NCBI RefSeq assembly: GCF_004010195.1
Contig: NC_057753.1
Coordinates: forward strand, 10,013,679 to 10,069,423
DNA length: 55,745 nt
Source: Chiloscyllium plagiosum
Taxonomy: Eukaryota
Reading direction: 5' to 3'
In this document: positions 1 through 13,449 of the stretch, piece by piece
How the letters are laid out: each line of letters starts with the position of its first letter
Position numbering within the stretch: the stretch's first letter is position 1
Program-made: the position numbers and the translations under genes
The notes under the pieces: generated by a model
What the model saw: the letters and a program-made list of their open reading frames with translations, nothing else
What the model was told of the DNA's origin: nothing
Databases searched by the model: none

Positions 1-1810
1 ACCTTGTAGAACGCCTTACTGAAGTCCATATAGATCACATCTACCACTCTACCCTCATCAATCCTCTTTGTTACTTCCTCAAAAAACTCAATCAAGTTTG
101 AGAGACATGATTTCCCACGCACAAAGCCATGTTGACTATCCCGAATCAGTCCTTGCCTTTCCAAACACATGTACATCCTGTCCCTCAGGATTCCCTCCAA
201 CGACTTGCCCACCACTTACGTTAGGCTCACCAGTCTATAGTTCGCTGGCTTGTCCTTACCACCCTTAAAAAGTGGCACCACATTTGCCAACCTCCAGTCT
301 TCCGACACCTCACCTGTGACTATCGATGATACAAATATCTCAGCAACAGGCCCAGCAATCACTTCTCTAGCTTCCCACAGAGTTCTAGGGTACACCGGAT
401 CAGGTCCTGGGAATTTATCCACTTTTAGGCGGTTTCAAGACATGCAGCACTTCCTCCTCTGTAGTCTGGACATTTTGCAAGGTGTCACCATCTACTTCGC
501 TACAGTCTATATCTTCCATATCCTTTTCCACAGTAAATACTGATGCAAAATACTTGTTTAGTATCTCCCCATTTTCGATGGCTCCACACAAAGGCCGCCT
601 TGCTGATCTTTCAGGGGCCCTATTCTCTCTCTAGTTACCCTTTTGTCCTTGATATATATGTAAAAAAACTCTGATTTTTCTTAATTCTATTTTCCAAAGC
701 TATCTCATGTCCCCGTTTGCCCTGCTGATTTCCCTCTTAATTTTATTTCTACTTCCTTTATACTCTAAGGATTCACTCGATCTATCTTGTCAATACCCTA
801 CATATGCTTCCTTTTTCTTAACCAAACCCTCAATTTCTTTAGTCATCCAGCATTCCCTATACCTACCAGCCTTTCCTTTCACCCTAACAGGAATATACTC
901 TCTCTGGATTCTTGTTATCTCATTTCTGAAGGCTTCCCATTTTTCAGCCATTCCTTTATCCGCAAACATCCAATTAGCTTTCGAAAGTTCTTGCCTAATA
1001 CGGTCAAAATTGGCCTTTCTCAAATTTACAATCTGGTCGATCCTTTTCCATCACTATTTTAAATCTAATAGAATTATGGTCGCTGGCCCCAAAGTGCTCC
1101 CCCACTGAGACCTCAGTCACCTACCCTGCCTTATTTCCCAAAACTAAGTCAAGTTTTGCACTTTCTCTACTAGGTACATCCACATACTGAATCAGAAAAT
1201 CGACTTGCACACACTTGACAAATTCCTCTCTATCTGAACACTTACACTGGGACTGCCATAGTGTTATGTTTGGAAAGTTAAAATGACCTATCATAACCAC
1301 CCTAATTTTCTTACAGATAGCTAAGATCATGGACAGGTTGGACCAAAGGGTCTGTTTCCTTGCTGTACATCTCTATGACTCTATGATCTCCTTACAAGTT
1401 TGTTTCTCAATTTCCCTCTGACTATTGGAGGGGTCTATAATACAATCCCAATAATACAATCCTCCCTTTCTTATTTCTCAGTTCCACCCAAATAACTTCC
1501 CTGGATGTATTTCCAGTAATATCGTCCCTCAGCACAGCTGTAATGCTTTCCTTTATCAAAAATACCACCCCCCTCCTCTCTTGCCTCCCTTTCTATCCAT
1601 CCTGTAGCACTTGTATCCTGGAACATTAAGCTGCCAGTCCTGCCCATCCCTGAGCCATGTTTCCGTAATTGCTATGATATCCCAGTCCCATGTTCCTAAC
1701 CATGCCCTGAGTTCATCTGCCTTCCCTGTTAGGCCCCTTGCATTGAAATAAATGCAGTTTAATTTATTAGTCCTACCTTGTCCCTGCCTTGACTGTTTGA
1801 CTCGCTTCTC
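1..1810 (-). mobile_element. CR1-clade LINE, decayed 5' part of ORF2 (APE endonuclease to start of RT)
   Basis: Minus-strand peptides LNCIYFNARGL...DIIAITETWL, GHFNFPNI, AKLDLVL, KANFDRIRQEL, PGPD...EDWRLANVVPLFKGG..ANYRLVSLT are CR1 ORF2 motifs; frameshifted. Confidence 0.93.
1329..1385 (+). mobile_element. Very short CR1 3'-tail insertion nested in the older CR1
   Basis: atggacaggttggaccaaagggtctgtttc...(ctctatga)2 tail interrupts the host CR1 at a gatc. Confidence 0.7.
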
Positions 1811-1811
1811 T

Positions 1812-2225
1812 TTTACGTCACATTCTCGAGATGACTTGAGGTTTAATATAAAAAAAGGTGGCATCTCAGCTCAAACAATGCATGAAAGGTGTGATGTTCG
1901 AGTCTGTCAGTATCCCAATCTTGAATTAGATTGGTTCTATTTCCAAAATAGGAATTTATAAAATGTTACATGGATTGACTGCCTGCAAATTGTGTGCTTT
2001 TTGAGCAAAATTGAATGGATCTGCAAATATAATTCTGCCAATACAAAGTCATCCCATAGAGTTGAGTGTGTGCATGCGTGAGAGAGTTTGATTGTGTGCA
2101 TGAGAGTTTGTGTGGAGAGTGCATGTAAGCATGTGCGCATGCTTGGTAAAGTGTGTGTGATGGAGTATAAGCCTATCAGAGTGTTGGTGGAGTGTATGTG
2201 TGCGTGTGTGTCTGAGAGAGCTCTG
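1812..2225 (+). repeat. Penelope-associated repeat with TG-rich tract; inverted copy at about 11575-12240
   Basis: Reverse complement of 11575-11970, which continues into a hammerhead-like terminal repeat at about 12110-12240. Confidence 0.6.
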
Positions 2226-3075
2226 AATAAAAGCAAGGGATTGAGTTTTGCTAAAACAAGGACGGGCAGGACTTGTACAGTTAATGGTAGGGCCCTGGGT
2301 TGTGTTGTAAAACAGAGAGACATGGGGGAATGGGGGGGGGCGGAGGAGGAGTTCGGTACATAGTTCTTTGAAAGTTGCATCACTGGTAGATAGGGTGGTG
2401 AAGAAGGCATTTAGCACAAATGCCTTCATTGTTCACACTGTTGAGTTTCGAAGTTGAGACAGCATGTTAAGGTTGTACAGAATGTTGGTGAGGCCATTTT
2501 AGAGTTCTGAGTACAGTTGTGGTGGCCCTGTAATAGGAAGAACTCTATTAGAGGGGATTCGGTAAAGATTCACCAGAACGTTGCCAGGACTGGAGGGTTT
2601 GAGTTATAAGGAGAGGGTGGAGCACAGGAGGTTTAGGGGTGACCTCATTGAGATTTATAAAATCTGAGGCGTGGAGGTAAGGATTATAGCAAAGGGCTGT
2701 TCCTTAGTGTCAGGGTGCTCAAAGCTGGGGGGCATATTGTTTTAACGTGAGAGGAGGGAGATTTAAAAGGAACCTGAAGGGCAACGTTTTGACAGAATGT
2801 TATTTGCATGTGGAATGAACTTGCTGAGGAAGTGGTAGATGCAGGTACAGCTACAGCTACAACATCTAAATGACATTTAGATGAGTACATGAATAGAAAG
2901 GTTGAGAGGGATATAGGTCAAATGCAGGCAAATGGGACTAGTTTAATTTGGGAATCCTGGTCGGTATGGACGAGTTGGACTGTGCTGTATATGAACCAGA
3001 AGTGATCTTATTCAAACCAGTAGAATTCTGAAAGGGGCCCGACAGGATAGATGCAGATAAAATTGTCCTTTGTTG
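2225..3075 (+). mobile_element. Degenerate CR1 LINE 3' fragments
   Basis: Typical CR1 3' sequence (ggtgacctcattgagatttataaaat, tggaatgaacttgctgaggaagtgg); paralogous to 28260-29070. Confidence 0.85.
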
Positions 3076-3219
3076 GGGGTGTCATAGAATCCTGGCGACG
3101 TGGAAGCAGGCCGTTCGGCCCATCTATTCCATTCTGGCCCTCCGAAGAGCATCCCACCCATACCTACCCCCTTACTCTCTATTTCCCATGGCTAATCCAT
3201 CCTAACTTGCACATCCCTG

Positions 3220-4010
3220 TCAATAGGACTCGGTGTGAGAACCTCTCCAGCTGTGTAGAAGACATCTTGAAACCCATCGTTCGGGGAACCCCTAGATTCC
3301 GTCACGACACTACAGATTTCTTAGAGATACTCAGCACCCATGGACCAGTCGAACCGGGAACATTCCTCGTCACAATGGATGTTTCAGCACTCTACACCAG
3401 CATCTCCCATAATGTCGGCATCGCGGCAACAGCCTTATTACTCAACACCAACAACTGCCAATCTCTGACCACCGTCCTACAACTCATCCACTTTATCCTT
3501 GAGCACAACGTCTTCACCTTTGACAACCAGTTCTTCATCCAGACAGATAGAACAGCCATGAGACCAAATTTGCACCCCAATATGCCAACATTTTCATGCA
3601 CAGGTTCGAACAAGACTTCTTCTCTACGCAGGACCTCCAACCAACACTATACACCAGGTACATTGACGACATTTTCTTCTTCTGGACGCATGGAGAGGAG
3701 TCACGGAAAAAGCTACACAGTGATATCAACATGTTCCATCCCACCATCAAACTCATCTTGGACTATTCTCTACTATCTGTCTCATTCTTGGACACCTCCA
3801 TCTCCATCAAGGATGGGCAACACCTCAGCACCACATACAACATCAAACCCACGGATAACCTCCCGATGCTACACTCAAAACAGCCATCCCCTAATGGACG
3901 AGACCTACGCATACACAGGATCTGTTCAGATGAGGAGGAACATGATGGGCACTTGGAAGTACTCAGGGATGCTTAACTCATTGACCGCCAGTTCTGACAT
4001 GCCATGGTGA
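3220..4010 (+). mobile_element. Penelope-like element reverse transcriptase fragment
   Basis: FLVTMDVSALYTSI, NVFTFDNQFFIQ, TAM and YTRYIDDIFFFW, SFLD, LRIHRICS in two frames. Confidence 0.9.
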
Positions 4011-4487
4011 ACCATGGGAAATGCATGGTTATAGTTTCATTGTAATAGAAGCAAGAGTAGGCCATTTGGCTCGTCCAGTCTGCTCTGCCATTCAATAAGA
4101 TCATGGCTGATCTATCCATCGTCTCAGCTCCTCCTTAATATACTTAATGAAGCTGCCTCTACTGCTCCCTTGGGCAAAGAATTTCATAGATTCATGACTC
4201 TCTGGGAATAGTGGTTCCTCCTCCTTGCTGTTCTAAATCTACTCCCCCTAATCTTGAGGCCTGGTTCATCCACCAGCAGAAATGAGTGGATAGGGTAGGG
4301 CTACATTCCCACAGAGCAATGAATTCCCATTTCCTACCAAAATCCCAGATGTACTCACTTAGTTACTGTCTCACAATTGAAAGATTTTACTGTAACTTCT
4401 TCTGCTCCCAGTAAGGGCAAAACCTCTTTGAAAGTTGCTCAAAGTCCATTCTTCATAACCACATTTCTGCTTTCACCGAGGATGATT

Positions 4488-5375
4488 AGAGTCATATAGC
4501 ATGGAAACAGACCCTTCAGTCCAGCACGTCCATACCAACCAGACATCCTAAATTAATCTCGTCTCATTTGCCAGCATTTGGACAGCATCTCTCTAAACCC
4601 TTTCTATTCATGTACTCAGCCAGATGCCTTTTAAATGTTGTAACTGTACCAGCCTCCTCTACTTCCTCTGTTAGTTTGTTCCATACATGCACCACCCTCT
4701 GCATGAAACAAATTGCCTTTCCTCACCCACCTTAAACCTATGCCCCTCTTGTTCTTGATTCCCCTTCCATGGGAACAAACCTTGACTATTCACCCTATTC
4801 ATGCCCCATATAAACATCTAAGGTCACCTCAGCCTCCAATGCTCCAGGGAAAACATCCCTGGCCTACTCAGCCTCTCCCTGTAGCTTAAACTCACCAACT
4901 CCTGAAGAAGGGCTTGTGCCCGAAATGTCGATTCTCCTGTTCCTTGGATGCTGCCTGACTTGCTGCGCTTTTCCAGCAACACATTTTCAACTCTGGCAAC
5001 AGCCTTGTAACTTTTCAGAACCCTTTCAAAGTTTCACAACATCTTTCCTATAGTAGAGAGACCAGAACTGAATACAGTATTCCAGAAGTGACCTCCAGTA
5101 CTGCCTCAACATGACCTCCCAACTCCTATACGCAATCCACTGATCAATAAAAGAAAGCATACCAAACACTTTCTTCACTACCATCTCTACTTGTGACGCC
5201 ACTTTCAAGGAACAATGAACCTACACTTCCTGTCTCTTGGTTCAGGAACACTCCCCAGGATCTGACCATTTAGTGTATAATTCCTGTCCCAATTTGCCTT
5301 TCCAAAATGCAACAGCTCACATTTCTCCAAATTAAACTCCATCTGCTATTCCTCAGCCCATTGGCCTATTAGATA
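4488..5375 (-). mobile_element. CR1 LINE 3' fragment with a nested PLE terminal repeat (4901-4992)
   Basis: LLEYCIQFWSLYYRKDVVKL on the minus strand; CR1 tail at about 4490. Confidence 0.88.
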
Positions 5376-6289
5376 AATTATCATTCGTAGTGAACTCGCT
5401 TTCCTCTCTTATTCCCGAGAAGCTGAAAATCTCTGTCCCACACACTCTCCCTCTATTTTTACTTTGCTGAACCTCATCCTGAAGGGTCTGGATCATGCCG
5501 ATGAACAGGCCCACACTCAGGGGGAACTAATTGAAATATACAGAATACTGAACAGCCTGGCCAGAATGGACATTGGGAAGATGTTTCCACTGGTAGGAGA
5601 GACTAGGACCCGATAGCACAGCCTTAGAGCAAAGTGAAAACCTTTCAGAATGGAGGTAAGGAGAAACTTCATCAGCCTCTCCCTGTGGAATACATTGCCA
5701 CAGAAGGCTGTGGAGGACAAGTCACTGAGGAAGTTTAAAACTGAGATAGATCAGTTCTTGAGTATCAAGAGGATTGAGGGTTACGGGAAGAAAGTGGAAG
5801 AATGGGGTTGAGAAACTCATCAGCCATGATAAAATGATGGAGAGAATAGCATAATTTCTGCTCCTATGTCTTGTGGTCTGTTGATGTCCTGGACACAGTG
5901 TCAGAATTGGGAGCAGGAGTAGGCCATTTGATCTTTCGAGCCTGGACCAGCATTGAACAGATCATAACTGGATATGAATCTACCTCCATCTAGGTGGATA
6001 GGCTGAGACTTTTTCACTGGAAGCAAGTGAGAGCTGCAGATGCTGGAGAGCAGAGTCGAGAGTGCAGTGCTGGAAAAGCACAGCAGGTCAGGGAGCATCT
6101 GAAAAGCAGGAAAATTGACATTTCGGGCATAGTCCTTCATCAGCACTCCTGTCAGTCTATTTTGCCAATTAAGACACAGACCTGGACCAACATTTCCCGA
6201 GTCTACCCCCTCCCTGGATTCGCTCCTTCTCCTTTCGGTTGCTGCAAGTCAACAATTAAACCCCAGAATGAAAAATATATAGAAAAGGG

Positions 6290-6500
6290 GGTGAGAAAAG
6301 AGAGTGTTGTATTCACAGATGTTAGACAGAGGAAGGAAGTTGCAGTCTGGGCTGAAGCTCAATCTTCGTTCTGAGAGAGTGGAGCAGCAGCAGCAGCTTC
6401 AGAAGCTCGTGGTCCACCTACTTTCAGACAGTAGGGAAGCTCTGATTAGCAAGAGGACAAGTCTCCTTCAGGTTCTCCAGTGCTCCTTATTGGTCCATCA
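6290..6500 (-). pseudogene. Decayed copy of the ZNF promoter and non-coding exon 1
   Basis: Reverse complement aligns by eye with 19925-20125 (ggaccacgagcttctgaagctgctgc...gaagattgagcttca...catct|gtgaat); donor GT kept, CpG/CCAAT motifs decayed. Confidence 0.8.
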
Positions 6501-6989
6501 AAAGAAGGTCTTGTGCCTTTTCTGCCGACAGCAAGGTACATGCCCAATGTTTTGGTGACACCACTGAACACGTGCCCTGCAACATGCTCTGTGGCGATAC
6601 TAGTGTTACTGACAGATTTTAAGTGTCCAAATACCAAGAGGAGGAAAAAAAGGTGGAGCCACAATTTTCTTTCCCACATGGCTTGACATTTTATTGTTTT
6701 GGCATTTTGTCTGGCTGCTCAACTTTTTTGTTTTTTCCCCAGTGTCGCGGTGAAGTTCAGAATTAGAGGGCAGAGGTTTAGGTTGAGAATGGAAAGATAT
6801 AAAAGATACCTAAGGGGCAATGTTTCCATGCAGAGTTTGGCGTGTGTATGGAAGGAGCTGCCAGAGGAAGTGGTGGAGGCTGGTGAAATTACAACATTGA
6901 AAAGGCATCTGGATGGGTATGTAACTAGGAAGGGTTTAGAGGGATATGAGCCAAGTGCTGGCAAATGGGACAAGATTAATTTAGGATAT

Positions 6990-7788
6990 CTAGGAGAAAG
7001 TGAGGACTGCAGATGCTGGAGATTAGAGTTGAGCGTGTTGGAAAAGTACAGCAGGTCAGGCAGAATCCGAGGAGCAGGAGAATTTAAATTTTGGTGCATA
7101 AGCCCTTCTTCAGGAATCTTTTCTGAGGATGTAGAAATGCAGATCTGGATTGCAGGTCTGGGAAAATGAGGCTCTGAGGACTGACTGCTGGTAGAGTAGA
7201 TGGCGGCATATGGCTGATAGTGTGGAGTGGAAATCCAGAAAAAGAATCGTTGTTGAAGGTTTCAGATTTGTAGTGTGTACTGGGTATCCTGTGCAGGTCC
7301 AAACTGGGTTGGTCTGAATGTGGGATCAGATGGTTCCGTAGGCAAACACTGAGAAAGAAGATGTGGCTGTGATAGTCAAACTGCTTGTGGATGTGGCTGA
7401 AGAAATTCAGGGCAGAGGAGAGGACTTGGGGGGGGGTTACAGTGAGAGAGGGACTCTCAGATCTTTGTAGACAGAGGAGGAGAACTTCTTCCAGGTAGGC
7501 ATCCATGGAAGAGGCTTCGCAGTAATGTTGAAATCAACTAGGAGAAAGTGAGGACTGCAGATGCTGGGGATCAGATGCGAGAGTGTAGTGCTACAAAAGC
7601 ACAGTAGGTCAGGCAGCTCCGAGGAGCAGGAGAATCGACGTTTCAGGCATAAGCCCTTCATCAGGCGGGCTTATGGCCGAAAGGACTCAAAAGATTCCTG
7701 ATGAAGGGCTTATGTCCGAAACATCAATCCTCCTCCTCCTTGGATGCTGCCTGAGCTGCTGTGTTTTTCCAGCACTACATTGTCAATG
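6990..7788 (-). mobile_element. Penelope-like insertion: inverted partial pLTR + pLTR + 5' ORF fragment + pLTR, flanked by a TSD
   Basis: Repeats at 6990-7115 and 7538-7665 (-) and 7695-7785 (+); ORF 7506->7084; ttaatttaggatatct (6976-6991) vs ttaattttggatatct (7789-7804); inserted in a CR1 tail. Confidence 0.85.
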
Positions 7789-8206
7789 TTAATTTTGGAT
7801 ATCTGGTCGGCATGGACGGGTTGGACCAAAGGGTCTGTACAACTCTATGACTCCAAATAATAAGAAGCATACTTTGACAAATTACAAACTACTGTACATC
7901 CATATTAACAAGACTTAGTACATCACATGCTTTACTAGCCATTCTCAAAAAGTCCTTCAATAATTGAGGAACATATACATGCTGTGCATAATCTCCTTCA
8001 CTAGTATTTACACACTAACCTCAGCAATTGCACAAGTAATAGCACAAGTAAACAGCACAAGGATTTTTTAAAAAGTGAGGGTAAACAGCACAAGGATGAA
8101 TAAAACAGTGAGGGTAAAAAGCAGATGGAAAGTGAGTGTAAAATATCACTATGACAGGACAGGCCCCACATTCCTTCCCCTCCGTCCCCCCCACAACCTG
8201 CCTCAC

Positions 8207-8458
8207 CTTTCACCTCCCGGGCCCAGTACCTTCCAGGTGGCCCCATAGTTGACACAGGGGCCGCCCCACGACCAGTAGAACTCCACCACCCAGGCGGCCG
8301 ACGAGTTCCCAAGCAGGCCCTTAACCCCATCCGCCTCCAGAATGCTCACCGGCTCCTGCCTGCTGTACAGCCGGCCGGTGTGGCCGTGACACAGCAGCTG
8401 CGCCAGGAAGGCGGCGGTGCCCAGTGACGGGTGTCTGCCCCGGGCCGCACGGCGCCAT
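8207..8458 (-). pseudogene. QSOX2: QSOX (sulfhydryl oxidase, QSOX2-like) exon 1 pseudo-exon in a CpG island
   Basis: [50 protein letters not shown](AREVK) matches the QSOX thioredoxin N-terminus; WCGHC has become WGGPC; frameshifts; ends at donor aag|gtgagg; no downstream exons seen. Confidence 0.85.
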
Positions 8459-9436
8459 TTTCCTAACGGCCGCCCTCCCGCCGCTTCCCCGCTCGAGCGA
8501 CTTCTCCTCCCAACCGCCTTCGCCCCCGCGTGACATCTGCACGGGTGGATGGGCGGGGCCGGGGGAGCCTCACCGTCACCAAGCAACAGCCACCTCGCGC
8601 TACAACTGCTCATTCACAAAAACAAACTCTCCTGTCTCGCTCTGCAGCTGCAGGGGGACACTGCTACGTTTTGAGGAGCCCTGTCTACATTGGGAAAGCT
8701 CAGTTCAAAGAGATATTCCGACATATTCGAAATGTCGTCATATCTAAAGGGGGAAATCTGCATTTTAAAGGGACATGGACATTTTAACGGGCTATTTCTG
8801 AAAATAAAGAGATTTAATGGATAAGAGCTCGTGGGTCCACAGTTAAAATGCTTTGAACAACCTTTTTTTTTATTTCCCTGCCTTCCCAGGATATAGAATT
8901 TCTCCCACCAGAAATTGTTTGCCCAGAAAAAAGTCCAGCAGGAATATGATTATGGAGCTATCAATAAAAATGTCTAATTTGGGTCACCCAACGTTATTAA
9001 TGGAAGGACATATCTCTTCAAGGATACAGTTTGATTTGCCCATTCAAAATTCCTTGAATTTAAGGTGTTCCAATTGTAGTTTCAGTTATAATCCATTAAA
9101 AGCAGTATGCAGTCTCATCTGAGTGCAGAACCAACTCAAACTGACTGAACAACCGAAACAACATTTCTGTATGCACTTTAGATGTGACATCCTCTCTCCC
9201 TCTCTCTCTGTTGACCCAACAGCATTACCAGGGCTGGAAGTACCACCCTCGGAATACAATTGCTGATCTATAGTTTGCTTCTCCTGCTGAACATAAGGAT
9301 TTAAAAGCTGCTAGCCTGATCCCGCACAATGCACAAAAACAGACTGTTCACCCATGTCTGCGCAGAGGATAATTTTCACTTGGAATGGATCACAAAATAA
9401 CAACTCTTACCAGTCCCACAACTCATGAGTTTCCCA

Positions 9437-9740
9437 TGGACAAAGTTAAAAATCGCACAACACCAGATTAGAATCCAACAGGTTTATTTGGAAGTAGTGG
9501 CTTTCGGAGCGCTCCTTCATCAGGTGGAGAAAAAGATCGTGATCACAGAATTTATAGCCAAAGGAGTCAAGTATCATGGAAATGTGATATATTAAACAAT
9601 TTTAGATTAAATCTTTCATCTTTGATATGTTAATCCCTGAATCTGTTTTTAATTACCTTTTCAAGAATGTCATTTAAATTCAGAGTTTTTCTAATAACAG
9701 GTGTGAATTCTGTCTGGGTCCCAATGTTGAGTCAGACTGA
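9437..9740 (-). mobile_element. Second PLE terminal-repeat family with hammerhead-like core
   Basis: Reverse complement reads ctgatgaaggagcgctccgaaag; matches 11940-12240 in the opposite orientation. Confidence 0.7.
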
Positions 9741-10439
9741 GAAAGACTTTAAAATGGCACGAAGGGTACCTTTTTTTTTGCACAGAGTGGTTTGTGTGTG
9801 TCACAAATGTCCAGAAGAAGTGGTGGATGCAGCATTGAAATGACATTTGGATAAATACATGAATAGGAAAGGTTCAGAGGGGCATGGGCCAAACGCAGGC
9901 AGGTGGGACTATTTCGTTTGTGAGTATAGTCAGCACGGACTAGTTGGACTGAAGGGTCTATTTCTGTGCTGTATGACTCTGTAACTGTCCTATACTGGTC
10001 TTAAAATCATTTTCTTGCCTTTCCCCATAAACGTTCACTTATTTGATGTTCAAAAATCAGATGATGCAGCCTTGGATATATTCAATGACCCCCTAACTGC
10101 AGGAAGGCATTCGCACTTTACAGCAGAATTCCTCTTGCCAAAATACCACTTACCTTGCTGATTGCTTGCTGCACCTGTCTGACAACTGGCAGTGACTGGT
10201 GTAGAAGGACGCTGAGGCCCCTTTGTACATTCACACATCATTCCTGAGGAAGGGCTCGTGCCCGAAACGTCGACTCCCCTGCTCCTTGGATGCTGCCTGA
10301 CCTACTGTGTTTTCCCAGCGCCACACTTTGACTCGGATCTCCAGCATCTGCAGTTCTCCCTTTCACCACATCCCAATACATCACGGTTTAAACAATACAC
10401 CTCCTTTCTGCCTTTTTTCACAGCAAAGGCTACAACTTC

Positions 10440-11025
10440 ACATTACGGTACTGCATTTACCATGTGTTTGCAAATTATGGTATTCTCTACATCAGGGAGA
10501 CCGAGCGTAAACTTGGGAATGGTTCGCCGAGCATCGCAGCCGGGTCCGCAGAGACTGACCAGACCTCCCTGTCACCACCCATTTTAATTCTCCTTCCCAT
10601 TCCCTTTCTGACATGACCATCTTTGGCCTCCTCCATTGCCACAACAAACTAAACCGCAACTTGGAGGAACAACACCCCATCTTCCACCTGGGCAGCCTAC
10701 ATCCCAGAGGACTCAACATCGAGTTCCCCAATTTCAAATAACTTCACTTCCCATCCCCCGATTCCCTTCTCAGCCTCGACCCCTCCTTTCCACTCCTCTC
10801 TGCCACCAACCAGATTCCATCCTCCCGTTGGCCAATCAGGTCGTACCCTCCACCTGTCTTCACCTATCCCCACTTCACCATCGTGTTCCCAGCACACCCT
10901 TTCTCTGTATCTCTCCCTGCACCCACCCCTAGTTATGAACAAAGGTTACACCACGATGTCGACTCCTCCACCTCCTGATGTTGCCTGGCTTGCTGTGTTC
11001 TTGCAGCCTCCTGCCTGTCTATTTT
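10440..11025 (+). mobile_element. Penelope GIY-YIG endonuclease 3' end plus terminal repeat
   Basis: ILYIRETERKLG..FAEH, HFNSPSHS, LEEQH..FHLGSL.P.GLNIEF-type remnants; paralogs at 15655-15830 (+) and 31150-31680 (-). Confidence 0.8.
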
Positions 11026-12682
11026 GCCCATTACGACACAGACCTGGAGCAACGTTTCCAGAGTCTGTCTCCTCCCATACTCACTCCCTTTCCTTTCAGT
11101 TTTTTCCAGACATCGATGAATGTGCCCAGTGTTTTGCTGACATCGGCAGGCATGTGTAATACGCTTTTTGGGGATGCGGGTGTTTATTAATACATTTTAA
11201 ATGTCCAAATACCAATAGGGAAACCATTGACTGTCAGGTTCCTTTTAAATCTCTCTCCTCTCACCTTAAAGAAATATGTCCCCTGGCCTTGAGCTCATTT
11301 TAAAACCCCCTAGTTTTATGCTAAGGAAGAACCCTTTGCTATTCACCTTACCTCCACTCCTCATGATTTTATAAATCTCAATGAGGTCACCCGTCAGCCT
11401 CCTTCACTCCAGTGAAAGAAGTCCCAACCTCTCTTTAAAAAAAAAAGTACCTGATCCCTCACCCCCCCCATGTCTCTCTGTTTTACAACAGAACCCAGGG
11501 CCCTACCATTAACTGTCCATGTCCTGCCCTTCCTTGTTTTCACAAAACGCAAGCCCTTGTTTTTATCCATACCTCTCTCATACACACGCTCTCTCTCAGA
11601 CACACAGACATACTCCCCCCAACACACTCGCAGGCTTATACTCCATCACACTCACAATTTACCTGCACGCACACAATCTTACATGCACACACTCACATTC
11701 TCTCATGAATGCACACACATAACTCTATGGGGTGAATTTGTATTGGCAGGATCATTCTTGCAGATACATTCAATTTTGCTCAAAGAGCACACAAACTGCA
11801 GGCAGTCAATCCATGTAATATTTTATAAATTCCTACTTTGGAAATAGAACCAGTCTGATTCAAGATTGGGATACTGAGACTCGAACCTCACACCTTTAAA
11901 GCATTGTCTGAACTGAGATGTCACCTATTTTTTATAAAACTTTAAGTCATCTCGAGAATGTGATTTAAAAGATTTATATTAATGAACCAAAACCTGCAAC
12001 CCATCCTAAAAGATGAAAGAGTTAACAGCAATCTAGGTTTGTTCAATATACCCTATCAGTTGCATGACACTGATCTTTTGCTATGAAATCTGTGTCTTAT
12101 TACCCTGGTCCACAGCTACCCGATGAAGGTGCAGCACTCCAAAAGTGAGTGCTTCCAAATAAACCTGTTGGACTATAACCTGGTGTTGGGAGATTTTTAA
12201 CTTTATCCACCCCAGTCCAATACCGGCTCCTCCACATCATATCTCGTGAACACAGCCCACACCGTTCATTACACTTTACAATGCCAATGAAATGACTCAC
12301 TCTGCACTCCTGAAAAATTCCCAATTTCTCAAGATACTAGCTACTCATTCACTGCTCCATTTGATATGCAACATTGGAAACTTAGTGCAGCAGCCTGAAA
12401 GAAATGAGCAGCTTTAAAAATTAAAACTCTTGGAGCTCAAAGCTTTCAATGAGAATCTGAGCCCGGCAGTAAGTTCGGGTAACCTTTATTGTGACCCAGC
12501 TTTGTCACAGCTTCAGAGCCCCACCCCAGCAAAAAAGCGTAGAAAAAGGAACTGCTTTTTAAACCGTTCAAAGCACACACACTCTCCACCCATCCCACCC
12601 CACCTTCTTTACTGTTTGTCACCACCAAGTTGTCCCTTTGTAACTGGATCCTTGGTACAGTGTAACTCGAAGGAAGGCCGCC

Positions 12683-13216
12683 TACTTGTGGAACGTTTCA
12701 GAGAACACCTCTGGGACACCCGGACCAACCAACCCAACCACCCAGTGGCTCAACACTTCAACTCCCCCTCCCACTCCTCCAAGGACATGCAGGTCCTTGG
12801 ACTCCTCCATCGCCAGACCATAGCAACACGACGGCTGGAGGAAGAGCGCCTCCTCTTCCGCTGAGGAACCCTCAACCACAAGGGATGAACTCCTATTTCT
12901 CCAGTTTCCTCATTTCCTCTCCCCCCACCTTGTCTCCTTTCTAACCTGCAATCTTCTTCCTGACCTCTCCGCCCCCACCCCCACTCCGGCCTATCACCCT
13001 CACCTTAACCTCCGTCCACCTATCGCATTTCCAACGCCCCTCCTCCCTACCTTTTATCTTAGCCTGCTTGGCACACTTTCCTCATTCCTGAAGAAGAGCT
13101 CATGCCCGAAACGTCGATTCTCCTGCTCCTTGGATGCTGCCTGACCTGCTGCGCTTTTCCAGCAACACATTTTCAGCTCTGATCTCCAGCATCTGCAGTC
13201 CTCACTTTCTCCTCGA
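12683..13216 (+). mobile_element. Penelope GIY-YIG C-terminus plus full terminal repeat with hammerhead core
   Basis: ERFREHL...HPVAQHFNSPSHSSKDMQVLGL...RRLEEERLLFR; ctgaagaagagctcatgcccgaaacgtc at 13088-13115. Confidence 0.88.
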
Positions 13217-13449
13217 AGGAAGTATTGCCTCACTCAGCAAAAAGAAATTGTCAATTCAGGGTGCAATGCAGCTTCTTGATGAACAACCAGCAACGAAATG
13301 GTTAACGTCCCCAGGAAGGTGGGAGAAAAATGAAACATCAAGACATTAACACCAACACACTTCAGTCAAACATTTCTGCTCCCAGTAAGGGCAAAACATC
13401 CTGAAACTCCAGTCTTCACCATCAGATTTCTGCTTTCATAGAAGACGAT

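Noticed and set aside
1937..2429. His/Thr-rich ORFs
   Set aside because: Translation of CA/TG-rich low-complexity repeat
3051..4010. 319-aa host protein
   Set aside because: Chance read-through of CR1/SINE sequence into a frameshifted Penelope RT
8203..8613. Functional QSOX gene
   Set aside because: CxxC destroyed, frameshifts, no further exons
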